Positions 47,802 through 61,644 of a stretch of 64,000 bases of DNA are shown piece by piece (position 1 is the first letter of the stretch; every line of letters begins with the position of its first letter). This DNA is from an uncultured delta proteobacterium (GTDB lineage: Bacteria > Myxococcota > UBA727 > VGSZ01), in contig CAVZJB010000016.1 of NCBI GenBank assembly GCA_963775425.1, positions 1,088,001 to 1,152,000 on the forward strand. Reading direction: 5' to 3'. A program made the position numbers and the translations under genes. The notes beneath the pieces are model-generated. The model saw nothing but the letters and a program-made list of their open reading frames with translations, had not been told where the DNA came from and searched no databases.

Positions 47802-48698
47802 ATGAACGCTCCCTTGCGCAGGCGCACCGATCGGCCCGGCTTCGCGGTCGCCGTGCTCGGCAAGGGAAAGGCCGGCGGGTCGCTCGCGGCGTCGCTCAAG
47901 CACGCAGGCGTCGACGTGCTCGTGCACGCGCGCCGGCTGCCGGAGATGTTGCGCACCGCGCGCTGGCGGCGGGCGCGCGTGGTGTTCCTCGCCGTGCCGG
48001 ACGACACCATCGAGCGGATCGCCATCACGCTGGCGCCGACGCTCGACGACCCGCACGCGCCGTCTCCGCACGGCGAGCCGCCGGCGCCGCCGCTCGTGGT
48101 GCACATGTCGGGCGCCAAGGGGCCGTCGGCGTTGGCGGCGCTCGAAGCGCACGGCGCCGTCGTCGGCTGCTTTCACCCGCTGGCGTCCCTGGACGGAAAG
48201 AGCCCGATCCCGGCAGAGGCGCTCGTCGCCGTCGACGCGCGCGCCGGGAAGGCGCCCCAACGCGCGACGCTGGCGGCCATCGCCACGCTGACGCTCCTCG
48301 CCAAGCGCTTCGGCTGCAAGCCCGCGCGCGTGCTCGAGGACAAGCGCGCGCTCTATCACGCCGGCGCCGTCGTCGCCGGCAACCTCCCCGTCGCGCTCCT
48401 CTCCATGGGCGCGCAGCTCCTCGAGGCCGCCGGCGTGCCCGCGGCCCTCGCCCGCGAGTCGCTCGCGCGCCTGCTGGCTTCGCAGGCCGAAAACGCCGTG
48501 CACCACCCGCTCGCCAAAGCGCTCTCCGGCCCCGTCGCGCGCGGCGACGCCGGCACGCTCGCGCGCCACCTCGCCGTGCTCGCCAAGGAGCACCGCGACA
48601 TCGCCCGCGTCTACCGCGAGCTGTCGCGCGCGCTCGTCGACGACGTCGCCGCGCAGGGACCGAAGACCAGGGCGAAGCTGCGGCGGGCGCTGCGCTGA
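47802..48698 (+). CDS. Rossmann-like + DUF2520 oxidoreductase
   Basis: VLGKGKAG, LAVPDD, HMSGA, FHPL, YHAGAV..GN, LSGPVARGD. Confidence 0.88.
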   Translation: MNAPLRRRTDRPGFAVAVLGKGKAGGSLAASLKHAGVDVLVHARRLPEMLRTARWRRARVVFLAVPDDTIERIAITLAPTLDDPHAPSPHGEPPAPPLVVHMSGAKGPSALAALEAHGAVVGCFHPLASLDGKSPIPAEALVAVDARAGKAPQRATLAAIATLTLLAKRFGCKPARVLEDKRALYHAGAVVAGNLPVALLSMGAQLLEAAGVPAALARESLARLLASQAENAVHHPLAKALSGPVARGDAGTLARHLAVLAKEHRDIARVYRELSRALVDDVAAQGPKTRAKLRRALR

Positions 48699-48767
48699 GA
48701 CCGGAGGGGTGCCTCGGTGCCGGCGTTCGAGCTACGCTGGCTGCGTTCCGTCGCCGCCGTCATGCCG

Positions 48768-49319
48768 TCAAGCCCTCCGCGCAGCCGTCTTTGCTTCGGG
48801 CCGCTCCACATCCCGTCGGACGTGGACCTCGTGCTCCGTGGCGACGAGGCGCTCGCGCTTCAGCCGCGTGGAGCCTGCGCGCGGGCCGAGGTGGCCCTGG
48901 TTGCCGATGGCCGTCCAGGTCGCGTGGCTGTTGCCGTCGCGAACGAGCGGGGAGGGGAGGTTGCCGTCGAGGCTGTCGTCGAGCTGCTGCTCGATATCGT
49001 GCTCGACGAAGTGCCTGTCGACGAACGCGCTCATGGGCGTCGACAGCGGCGTCTCGGAGCTGCCGTCGGCGAACGACTGCCACATGTTCTCGTAGTTGAC
49101 CGGGAAGAACAGGGAATCATAGTCGGCGCGGTAAGCGATGCGCGGGTCGTTCGCTGACACCGCCACGTCAGCGTGCGTGAGCGTCCGGTCACCGACGAAC
49201 TGATCGAGGTTGACGTCAAGGCACGGCACGGTGTCGTCAGGACCGGCGTCGACCTGATCCGCCAGCGAGGGCGGCACTCCGCCGCAGAGCTGGCCGTCTT
49301 CGACGTGCAGTGGAGGCAC
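48768..49319 (-). CDS. hypothetical protein
   Basis: 183-aa ORF filling the gap, largely G/C-ending codons; no motif recognised. Confidence 0.45.
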   Translation of the reverse strand: MPPLHVEDGQLCGGVPPSLADQVDAGPDDTVPCLDVNLDQFVGDRTLTHADVAVSANDPRIAYRADYDSLFFPVNYENMWQSFADGSSETPLSTPMSAFVDRHFVEHDIEQQLDDSLDGNLPSPLVRDGNSHATWTAIGNQGHLGPRAGSTRLKRERLVATEHEVHVRRDVERPEAKTAARRA

Positions 49320-49345
49320 CGTAGGCGAGGCCCCCGCTCGGGACC

Positions 49346-49372
49346 TGACCCCAAGGTGACCCTTTGGTGACC
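49346..49372 (-). promoter_or_regulatory. three GGTCA direct repeats at an 11-bp period
   Basis: TGACC (plus strand) at 49346, 49357 and 49368, in the intergenic region upstream of the 49319 ORF. Confidence 0.5.
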
Positions 49373-49383
49373 TTTGAGCGGTC

Positions 49384-50772
<1,389 letters not shown>

Positions 50773-50813
50773 CACGGTGATGCCGCGGCCTGGCGCTCTT
50801 GCGATGGTCTCGG

Positions 50814-53800
50814 TCACGGGCTCGCTCGCAGGTCGAAGAAATATCGGGCCACGCCCTTCACGGGCACTTGCACCGTATACGTCATCGCGGCGCCGAGCGC
50901 TTTCAGTGTGATGTCGTGGGCGCCGGCGGGGCAGGAGCGCTCGGCGTCGCCCGTCTTGCCCCAGGGCTGCCCGTCCATGAAGAGCTCCGCCGGCGGGCTC
51001 GACGCAAACACGGCGCGGCCGTCGGCCGCGGTCGACGTGAGGGAGAGGAGCGCGTGATAGACGTCGCCGCGGTCGATGGGGACCTCGGTGGTGACGGGCG
51101 CGTAGCCGTCGAGCCGCGCCTCGAGCACGTGCGTCTTGTCGGTGGAGACGCGATCGAGGGTGATGGGGCTGCGGCCGATCTCCGCGCCGTCGACGAACAC
51201 GCGCGCGCCCGCGGGCCGCGTCTCGATGACGACCTTGCCCGCCGCCGTGAGGTTCTCGCTCACGACGACGAAGCGTTGGCCCTTCTTGAGCGAGAGCTTT
51301 CGCTTGGTCGACGGGCCGTCTGCGACGTCGATCTTCACCTCGTGCGCGCCGTCGGCGAGGCGCACGTCGTCGACGAGCGGCGTGGTGCCGATACGATTCC
51401 CGTCGAGGAAGACCGCGGCGCCGGCAGGGTTGGAGCGCACGAGCAACGTGCGCGCGTCGCCGGGCGCGCCGCCGAGGGCCGCGCGCGCCGTCGACGCGGA
51501 GAAGAACCCGCCCGCGAGCGCGACGACGAAGACCGCTGCCGCGGCGACGCGCGCGCCCGTCCCGGGGAGCAGACCCCGGCGCGGGGCGCGGGGCGCGGGC
51601 GCCGCAGCCGGTCTCCCCGAGGGGCTCGGCGACGCCTGCATCGACGGCGGCGCGGTCACCGGGATCGGCTGCGGCCCCGCGGGCGGCAGCGCCGGCGACG
51701 CGGCGGCCGGCGCGGGTGGAGCAGGCGCGGCCAGGCTCGGCGGAGGCGGCGGCACGAGCGCGGCGGGCGGCGGCGGCGGCGCGGCCAACGCGGGCGGCGG
51801 CGGCGGCGCCGGCGCGAGGGCGGCGGGCGGGGGCGGCGGCGGCGCGAGCGCGGCGGGCGGGGGCGGCGCCGGCGCGGGCGGAGCCGCCGGATACGGCGCC
51901 GCGGGATACGGCGCCGCGGGATACGGCGCCTGCGACGCCGCGGGCGGATACGCGGGCTGTGCCGCCGGCGGGTACGGCGCCTGCGGGGCCGGCGGCTGCG
52001 ACGGGTACGCCGCCGCCGGCTGCGACGGGTACGCCGCCGCCGGCTGCGACGGGTACGGCGGCGGGACCGGCGCGGGCGGTTGCGGGACCGCCGGCTGTTG
52101 CGGCGACGGGTACGCGGTCGACGGCGGCGGGACCGGCGCCGGCGGCTGCGCATACGGCGCCGGCTGCGCGACCGGCGCGGGCGGTTGCGGCACCGGCGCC
52201 GGCGGGTGCGGGGCCGGCGCTTGCGGGACCGCCGGCGCGACGCTCGACGCGGGTGGAGGGGCCAACGCGGCCGGCGGCGGCGGCGCCGGGGCCACGCCGG
52301 ACGGGGGCGGCGGCGCGATCGCGGAGGCGCCGAGCGCGGGCGGCGGCGGCGCCGACGCCGACGCGCCGGGCTGCGTAAACGCCTCCGGCGGCGGTGGCCG
52401 GCGCACGCGCTGCGACGAGCGCTGCGACGACGGCGTCGACGTGCGCGGCAGCGCCGCGGACGAACCGCTCGCGTCGAGGGGCAACGCGCGCACCGACGGT
52501 GACGCAGCGACGACGCCGACCTTGTCGGACCTCGAGCGCGCGTCGGGCTCCGCGCGCCGCTCGCTCGGCCGCGACATCGGGCTCGCCTCCACGCGCGTCG
52601 GGTTCGGCCCGAAAGCTTCGGAGGGCGCTCGCCTGGATGCGTCGGGCAACGCGGCCACGCGCTTTTGCTCCGCCTGCGCGCCGACGCCGACGGCGTCCGG
52701 CCCCGCGTCGAGCGCGCGCGCGCCGCCGCCGGCCTTCACGGCGCGGACGTCCATCTGCGGCGCGCGCGCCGGCTCCGCGTCCGGCAACGGCCGCGCCCGC
52801 TGCCCTGCGCTGCGCGGCGGGGACGCGAGAATCCGCGCGCTGCGCCGGCTTCGGCCCCGACGGCTCGCGCACGCGCGACGACGGCGGCCGCGCCCGGCGC
52901 GCCGACGACGCCTCCTTCGCGGGCGGCGACGGCGGCGGCGACGCGAGCTCGCGCATCTCGTCCGGCTTGAAGATCTGGCTCTTCAGCTCGACTTGCCTGG
53001 TCTGGCGCGGCTCCGCGTCGCGCGTCTTCAGCTCTTCCTTGAAGACGTCGCGCATGAGCGCCGCGACCTCGGCGGGCTTCGGGTGCAGCGCGTGCCGATC
53101 GGCGATCTGCAACAGCTCGCGCTCGAACGCGAGCGCGTCCTGTGGCCGCGCGGCCGGGTCCTTTTCGAGGCTCCTCCGGATGAGCGCCTCGAGGTCGGCG
53201 GGCACGCCGAGCGTCGCGGGCAGCCGCGGCACCTGCGCCGCGCGCATGCGATCGAGCGTGGACAGGTCGGAGCTGCCGGCGAACAGCCGCTCCGCCGTGA
53301 TGGCCTCGAACAGCACGATGCCGACGTTGAACAGGTCGCTCCTGTGATCGAGCTGGCGCCCGCGGGCCTGCTCCGGCGACATGTAGCCGAACTTGCCCTT
53401 GATGACCCCGGCCATGGTCTTGTTCGCCGACGCCTGCACCTTGGCGATGCCGAAGTCGGTGAGCTTCACCTTGCCGTCGAAGGTGACGATGATGTTGTGC
53501 GGCGAGATGTCTCTGTGGATGAGCCGCAGCGCCCGGCCCTCGGCGTCGGTGGCCTTGTGCGCGTAGTCGAGCGCGCGCAACGTATCGACGGCGACCATCA
53601 TCGCCATCGACACCGGCAGGATCCGCTTCTTCTGGCTCGCGTAATAGATGACGTCGGCGAGGTCCTTGCCGTCCGCGAACTCCATCACGATGAAGTATTC
53701 GCCCTTGTCCGACATCACGAGGTCGAAGACCTGCACGATGTTCGGGTGGTTCAGGCACGCGGCCACGCGCGCCTCCTCCACGAACATCCGCACGAGCTCC

Positions 53801-53943
53801 TGATCGCGCGTGAAGTGCGGGAGGATCTTCTTCACCGCGTAGATCTTCTCGCTGCCGTCGGCGCCGACGACACGAGCGCGATAGACCTCCGCCATCCCGC
53901 CCTGGGCGTGGAGGTTCAAGACCTCGAGCTCCGAGAGCTTCAT
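50814..53943 (-). CDS. Ser/Thr kinase with a Pro-rich linker, TM helix and PEGA domains; apparent +1 frameshift at 52829-52833
   Basis: GGMAEVY, AVKKI, HRDISPHN, DFG, YMSPEQ; the downstream frame has the Pro-rich linker, TM and SNPAGAAVFLDG..GTTP; removing one T of GATTC joins them. Confidence 0.9.
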
Positions 53944-54061
53944 CGAGGACGACACTACCATGCGCGTCGGGCTGGGCGCGTCGGCACATCCGCCGAGCGG
54001 CACCCCTCGGGCGCTTGCCGCCCGTGCTACGGTCGGCGGCACCGAGGAGCGGAGCGAGGGT

Positions 54062-56278
54062 ATGGCGAAACGGCGGCGGCGCGTCCCGCCACGGAGACCG
54101 GGACAGCCTGCGCTCGCGCCGGCACCGCCTTCGGGCTCGGCCAAGCGGGTCGTGCTCGTGCTCGCCGTCCTGTTCGCCGTCGGCCTGGCCGTGGGCGCAG
54201 GCGTGTCGTTCCTCGTCGACGTGCCCCCGCTCTTCGCCGCCGACCGCGCCCGCTTCGACCTCGCCCGCGACACCGGCGGCGCGCTCGCCGACGCGGCCTC
54301 CCTCGCCGACGGCGGCGATCCCGCGCTCTTCGCCCCCGCGGCGCTCGCCGGCGCTCTCCTCGTGAGCGATCACGTGGGCGGCGCCGACGAGGAGAAGCGG
54401 GCGGACGCGCGTTTGAGGACCACCCTCACCTTCGTGCGTGAAGCGCCCGAGGCCCTCTACGCGCGCGCGCTCCTCGCGCGGCTCGGCGTCGCCGACGCGG
54501 CCGTCGACGACGACATCGGCAAGCGCGCCGACAAGCTCGCAGACAACGCCTGGTGCTTGCTCGCCAGGAGCACGCGCGCGTGGGACCGCGGCGACCGCGA
54601 CGAGGCCGTCCGGCTCGCGCGGCGCGCCGCGCTCGGACCGGGGGCGCCGGTGCGGGCGCAGGTGGAGCTCGCGCGCGAGTCCATCGCGCAAGGCGCTGTC
54701 GACGAGGCTGGAGCGCTCGCCGCGCACGTCGAGCGCGAGCACCCCGGGCACGTGCAAGCGCGCATCGCCGGCATCCTCGCCGCCGTGATCGACGACGCGC
54801 GCGAGGAGACGCCGCAGGAGCGCTCCCTCAAGCTGCGGCGGGTGAAGCACCGCGCGGCAGAGCGGGGTGCGGCGCCGCGGCCAGGCCAGGCCCACGACGA
54901 CGACAGCGCGGCGCTCGCCCTGTGGCACACCGCGCCCGAGCAGGCGGCCATCGACGCGCTCGACAGCGTCGACGCCCGCGACGCCCCCGTGCTCGCGCTC
55001 GTCCTCGAGGTCTTCGCCGCCGGCCGCGGCGACGACGCGCTCGCCTCCGAGATGAAGAGCCGCGTGATCCCGGGCGCCGCCTCGTCGGCGGTGCTGGCGG
55101 CGCGACAGGCGGAGCTGTCGATCGCCCTGGGGGACACCGCGGCCGCCGAAGAGCTCCTCACGCGGGCGCTCGAGGAGAACCCCGACAACACCGCGCTGCT
55201 CCTCGACCGCGCCCGCCTGAGGTCGCTCACCGCGCTCAGCGACGAGGAGATCCACCGCCGCGCGGGGGCGTTCAAGAAATCCATCGGCACCGACGCCGTC
55301 GCCCTGCCCTTCGCCCGCGCGGTCATCAATCCGTTCGGCCTCGGTGGCGTCCCCTTTCGCTTCGAGCCCGACCCGGGCGTCATCCCGGAGGCCGAGTTGG
55401 CGGCGGCGCTGTCGTCGAAGGACGTGCAGAAGAAGCTCGACGTCGCGGTCTTCGTCCACAAGGGCTCGACGGCGCTTGGCCGCGGCGACGTTCCGGGCGC
55501 CGCCGACGCCGTCGCTCGCGCGAGAGAGAAGGCCGCCGGCGACCCCGACGTGTTGCTCCTCGACGCGCGCGTGAAGCAGCGGCAGGGTGATCGCGACGGC
55601 GCGCGCCAGGCGGTCGACGCCGCCGTCGAACGCGGCAAGGACGACGCGCACGTATTGCTGGCGGCGGCGCGCATTCACTACGACAACGAGGACTTCATCC
55701 CCGCGCGCAAGGTGCTCGCGCGGCTGCGTGCCCTCGGCTTCAAGAGCCCGGCGGCGCTCGCGCTCGGCGCCATGCTCGAGGCGCGCAGCGGCGACGCCCG
55801 GGCGGCGCAGGCGCTCCTGGCCGAGGCCAAGGACATCGGCGCCGGCAACGTCGAGATCGTGAAGGCCGAGGTCCTCATCCTCCGCGACGGCGACAATCTC
55901 GGCGCAGTCCGCGCGGCGGCGGATCACCTCCTCGCCGTCGACGGCCTGCGCACGAGCGACCCCATCCTCCGCTCATGGGAGGCCGACTCCGCCGCCCGCG
56001 CCGGCGACACGCTGCGCGCGCAGGCGGTGCTCGAGGACGTCATCGCTTCACGCGAAAACCTCGCCGACGCACATCTGTTGCTCGGCTCCATCCAGGCCGG
56101 CACCGACGAGAGCGCGGCCCGCGCCAGCTTCGAGCGCGCGGAGAAGCTGGCGCCGGGGAGCGCCGTCGCCTCGGAGGCCTCACGCCGTCGCGCGACGCTC
56201 AAGGGCGGCGGCGAGGCGGAGCGGCAGCCACCGCCGAAGCAGCGGCCGCGCCGACTGCCGCGAAAGCGAGGACGCTGA
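54062..56278 (+). CDS. membrane-anchored TPR-repeat protein
   Basis: N-terminal TM helix, then Ala-rich helical TPR-like units (ALEENPDN, ERAEKLAP). Confidence 0.75.
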   Translation: MAKRRRRVPPRRPGQPALAPAPPSGSAKRVVLVLAVLFAVGLAVGAGVSFLVDVPPLFAADRARFDLARDTGGALADAASLADGGDPALFAPAALAGALLVSDHVGGADEEKRADARLRTTLTFVREAPEALYARALLARLGVADAAVDDDIGKRADKLADNAWCLLARSTRAWDRGDRDEAVRLARRAALGPGAPVRAQVELARESIAQGAVDEAGALAAHVEREHPGHVQARIAGILAAVIDDAREETPQERSLKLRRVKHRAAERGAAPRPGQAHDDDSAALALWHTAPEQAAIDALDSVDARDAPVLALVLEVFAAGRGDDALASEMKSRVIPGAASSAVLAARQAELSIALGDTAAAEELLTRALEENPDNTALLLDRARLRSLTALSDEEIHRRAGAFKKSIGTDAVALPFARAVINPFGLGGVPFRFEPDPGVIPEAELAAALSSKDVQKKLDVAVFVHKGSTALGRGDVPGAADAVARAREKAAGDPDVLLLDARVKQRQGDRDGARQAVDAAVERGKDDAHVLLAAARIHYDNEDFIPARKVLARLRALGFKSPAALALGAMLEARSGDARAAQALLAEAKDIGAGNVEIVKAEVLILRDGDNLGAVRAAADHLLAVDGLRTSDPILRSWEADSAARAGDTLRAQAVLEDVIASRENLADAHLLLGSIQAGTDESAARASFERAEKLAPGSAVASEASRRRATLKGGGEAERQPPPKQRPRRLPRKRGR

Positions 56279-58687
56279 ATGGCGCACGACTTCAACGACC
56301 GCATCCTGCGCGCGTTCGTGGAGCGGACGTTCGACCTCGTCACGCTCACGGACGCCGAATCCGCGCCTGTGTTCGTGAGCCCCTCGAGCAGCACCATCCT
56401 CGGCTACACGCCCGACGAGGTGGTCGCGGTCGGCCTCCGCCAGCTCGTTCACCCAGACGAGCGCTCTCAGCTCGCCGACTTGTACAAGCGCCTCCTCGCG
56501 GAGCCCGAGCGGCCCGTCTCGTTCATGTATCGCATGCGTCACAAGCAGGGCGGCTTCCGCGTGCTCGAGGCCGTCGCGCAAAACCTCCTCGACGCTCCCG
56601 GGCTGAACGCGGTGGTGGTCCAGGCGCGCGACGTCACCGCCACCGCGGAGAACGCCGACGCGCTCATCATGAGCGAGGCGCGCTTCCGCGCCCTCGCCGA
56701 GCGCGGCGGCGACGGCTTCTCCATCTGCGACCCGAGCGGCTCCGTCCTCTACCGCAACGACGGCGCGCGCATCGTCCTCGGCTACAGCGACACCGACGTC
56801 TCCGCGCGCATCACGATGTCGCGCCTGCACCCCGAGGACGTCGAGGTGTGGAACGCCGCGTGGGAGCGCACCGTCGCCGAGCCGGGCCACGTCGAGCGCG
56901 TCGAGTACCGCATGCGGCATCGCGACGGCCGCTACCGGACCCTGCAGGCCATCTTCACCAACCGCAACGACGACGCCGCCGTCGGCGGCATCGTCATCAA
57001 CTACCGCGACGTCACCGACCTCGCCACCGCGCGGCGCGACGCCGAGACCAGGGCGGCTCGGCAAAAGGCGTTGGCGGAGCTCGGCATCTTCGCCGTGTCC
57101 GCGTCCACGGTGAAAGACGTCGACGAAAAGGCGGTGGACCGGGTCCTCGAGATGCTCCACCTCGACGCCATCGACGTCGTGGAGCGCAACGACGGCTCCG
57201 ACGAGCTCGCCGTGGTCGCCGCGCGCGCCACCGCCGGCGGCGCCCGCACCTACGCGCCCGGCCTCGACAGCCCCGTCGGCTACGCGCTGCTCCACGGCGG
57301 TGCGTTCTTCGTCGACGACCTCACCGCCGAGACGCGCTTCCGCGCGCTCCCGCTCATCGCCGACGGGTACACGCGCTGCGTCGCCGCGCTCATCCACGGG
57401 ACGCCGGCACCGTGCGGCGTGCTCGTCGGGTACCGCAAGCGGGGCAAGCCGTTCACCGACGACGACGCGCACATGCTCCAGGCCGTCGCCAACCTCGTCG
57501 GGGCCAAGCGCCGCGAGGCGGGCGCCCGCGCCGACCTCGAGCGCGCCGAGCAGCAGCTCCGCGTATCCCAGAAGATGGACGCGGTGGGGCGCCTCGCCGC
57601 CGGCGTGGCCCACGACTTCAACAACCTGCTCGTCGGCGTGCTCGGCTACACGTCGCTGCTCGCCGAGCGGCTCAAGGACGATGCGGACGGCCTCGCCGAC
57701 GTCGAGGAGATCCGCCAGGCGGGCGAGCGCGCCGCCGCGCTCACCAAGCAGATCCTGGCGTTCTCCCGACAGCAGGTGCTCAAGCGCGAGCACGTCGACA
57801 TGAACGCGCTCGTCCAGGGGCTGACCAACCTGCTGCGCCGGGTGATGCGCGACGACGTGGCCCTCGACTTCATCCCCGGTCACCAGCTCGGGCTCATCTA
57901 CGGCGACGCGCGCCAGCTCGAGCAGGTCCTGATGAACCTCGCCGTCAACGCCGGCGACGCCATGCCCGGCGGAGGGCGCTTCACCGTCGAGACCACCAAC
58001 GTCGTCATCAACGGCGAGTACGTGCGCGCGCACCCCGACGCCAAGCCCGGCCGCTACGTCCTGCTCACGGTGAGCGACACCGGCTCGGGCATGCCCTCGG
58101 ACGTGGCGGAGAAGGTCTTCGAGCCGTTCTTCACCACCAAGGAGGTCGGGCGCGGCACCGGCCTCGGCCTCGCCACGGTGCACGGCATCGTCTTGCAGCA
58201 CGGCGGCATGATCAACGTGTACTCCGAGGTCGCGCGCGGCACGGTGTTCAAGATCTACCTGCCCATCGTCGAGCGGCGCGCGAGCGTCATCGAGCGCTCC
58301 GCGCCCGCCATCGCCGGCAAGGGCCACGAGACCGTGCTGCTCGCCGACGACGACGACCTCGTCCGCCGCGTCACCAAGGCCGTCCTCGAGCGCGCGGGCT
58401 ATCGCGTGCTCGCCGCCGAGGACGGCGCCCGCGCGCTCGCCCTGTGGAACGACATGAAGGCCGAGATCGATCTCGTGCTGCTCGACGTCGTCATGCCCGA
58501 GCTGTCTGGCCCCGCCGTCCTCGAGCGCATCCGCGCGGAGAGGCCCGGGGTGCGCTTCCTGCTCGCGTCGGGCTACAGCTCCTGGGCGGTGAGCCAGAGC
58601 GACCCCGAGATCGCCGCCCGCGCCATCCAGAAGCCCTACGACCCCGACGAGCTCATGCGCCGCGTGCGCGCCGCGCTCGACGAATGA
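56279..58687 (+). CDS. hybrid sensor histidine kinase (PAS-PAS-GAF-HisKA-HATPase-REC)
   Basis: VHPDE and LHPED PAS motifs, GVAHDFNNLL, NLAVNAGDAM, DTGSGM, FEPFFTTK, GTGLGL, LADDD...LLDVVMP...KP. Confidence 0.95.
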   Translation: MAHDFNDRILRAFVERTFDLVTLTDAESAPVFVSPSSSTILGYTPDEVVAVGLRQLVHPDERSQLADLYKRLLAEPERPVSFMYRMRHKQGGFRVLEAVAQNLLDAPGLNAVVVQARDVTATAENADALIMSEARFRALAERGGDGFSICDPSGSVLYRNDGARIVLGYSDTDVSARITMSRLHPEDVEVWNAAWERTVAEPGHVERVEYRMRHRDGRYRTLQAIFTNRNDDAAVGGIVINYRDVTDLATARRDAETRAARQKALAELGIFAVSASTVKDVDEKAVDRVLEMLHLDAIDVVERNDGSDELAVVAARATAGGARTYAPGLDSPVGYALLHGGAFFVDDLTAETRFRALPLIADGYTRCVAALIHGTPAPCGVLVGYRKRGKPFTDDDAHMLQAVANLVGAKRREAGARADLERAEQQLRVSQKMDAVGRLAAGVAHDFNNLLVGVLGYTSLLAERLKDDADGLADVEEIRQAGERAAALTKQILAFSRQQVLKREHVDMNALVQGLTNLLRRVMRDDVALDFIPGHQLGLIYGDARQLEQVLMNLAVNAGDAMPGGGRFTVETTNVVINGEYVRAHPDAKPGRYVLLTVSDTGSGMPSDVAEKVFEPFFTTKEVGRGTGLGLATVHGIVLQHGGMINVYSEVARGTVFKIYLPIVERRASVIERSAPAIAGKGHETVLLADDDDLVRRVTKAVLERAGYRVLAAEDGARALALWNDMKAEIDLVLLDVVMPELSGPAVLERIRAERPGVRFLLASGYSSWAVSQSDPEIAARAIQKPYDPDELMRRVRAALDE

Positions 58688-58706
58688 CGCCGCGCGCGCC
58701 GCGCGC

Positions 58707-60374
<1,668 letters not shown>

Positions 60375-60442
60375 GGGCGCGGTCATAGCGGCAAGCCGAC
60401 CGCCGCGCCAGAGCAGGCTCCGGGGCTCAGCGACCGAGCGGC

Positions 60443-60853
60443 TCAGGTCTCGTCGTCGGTGGTGATGATGCTCGACGTCGGCCGCGGGCGACGCTCGGTG
60501 TGCTCTTCCCGCGTCTCGGACTCCACCAGGCTGGTTCCCACCGACGGCGGCGGCGGCGGCTTCGGCACCCGCCGCTCCACCTCCTGGAGCGCCCGCACCG
60601 CCGCGGTGAGGAAGGTGATGGCGCGGCCCGCCCAGGTCTTCCCGTATCCGCCGACGTCGGCCTCGGCCGCTTTGCGCGCGGCGTAGAAGTCGGGCTCTTC
60701 GAGGAGTGACTGTGCGGCGGTCGCGTCGTCGGCCTCGGCGATCTCGCGGGCGCGGACGGCGAGCCAAGACAGCTTGCGCGGGAACGACCCCTGGTCGTCG
60801 AGCCACTCGATCTCGTCGGCGAGCCGGCGGAATGCGTCGGCCAAGACGCTCAT
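60443..60853 (-). CDS. hypothetical protein (136 aa)
   Basis: ATG overlaps the upstream stop; helical N-terminal part and a disordered tail. Confidence 0.6.
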   Translation of the reverse strand: MSVLADAFRRLADEIEWLDDQGSFPRKLSWLAVRAREIAEADDATAAQSLLEEPDFYAARKAAEADVGGYGKTWAGRAITFLTAAVRALQEVERRVPKPPPPPSVGTSLVESETREEHTERRPRPTSSIITTDDET

Positions 60854-61480
60854 GACGGCGATTGTAGCGCGTCGATGCGCAGCTTGCGGAAGTGCACGAC
60901 GGAGCCGGGGTAGTGCGCCTGCAAGCCGAACAGCGGCCCGTCGGCGGGGGCGTCGTCGACGGACGCCGAGGGGACGCCGTCGATGGCGGCGCCCACGTGG
61001 GAGCCGCGGGCGACGGCGTCGATGGTGAACCATGCGCCGAAGGGCGGGATGGGCGCCTTGCCGCGGGCGCGGCCGTACAGGGAGCCTGTGGGGTTCCTCG
61101 GGTCGCTGGGATCGATCTGCACCTCGACGCCGTCCGGAAAGAAGATGCCCGCCTTGGCCCGCAGGAAAACGCCGCTGTTGCCGCCGTCTTCGACGTTGGC
61201 CTCGACGTGAACGCGGTAGTCGGCGCCGGCGAGGGCGACGACGATGGCGCCGGGGCCGCCGACGAGGGTGACGCCGTCGTCCTCCCAGCGCGCCTCGCAG
61301 CCGCCGCCCTCCACGCGCCACCAGGTCTTCAGAATCGGCGAAGGTGAGCGGCGCGTCGCCGTGGAGCGGCACGCGATCGTCGGGGACGGCCACGCACCCC
61401 CCGCACACGGCGGCGGCCCAGACGGCGGCGCAGGCGGCGCTGGCGGCGGCGCTGACGGGGGTGGGCGACGACGAGCGCAT
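60850..61480 (-). CDS. DUF1080 (3-keto-disaccharide hydrolase-like) lipoprotein, apparent +1 frameshift at 61332-61336
   Basis: [34 protein letters not shown]; removing one T of GATTC joins the signal peptide to the domain. Confidence 0.82.
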
Positions 61481-61644
61481 GCCCGCGCGTCGCACGCCCT
61501 CCCGCCCGCGGCAAGCCGGCGCAGGGCCGCGACCACGGGGCTCCGCCCCGTCCAGGCGGCGATCCGGACGACGGCCGCGACGGCGCCGGTCGCGTCGTGG
61601 ACTCCCTCCTCGCGCGCGACCCGCGTTGAAACTAGATTCGAGGG

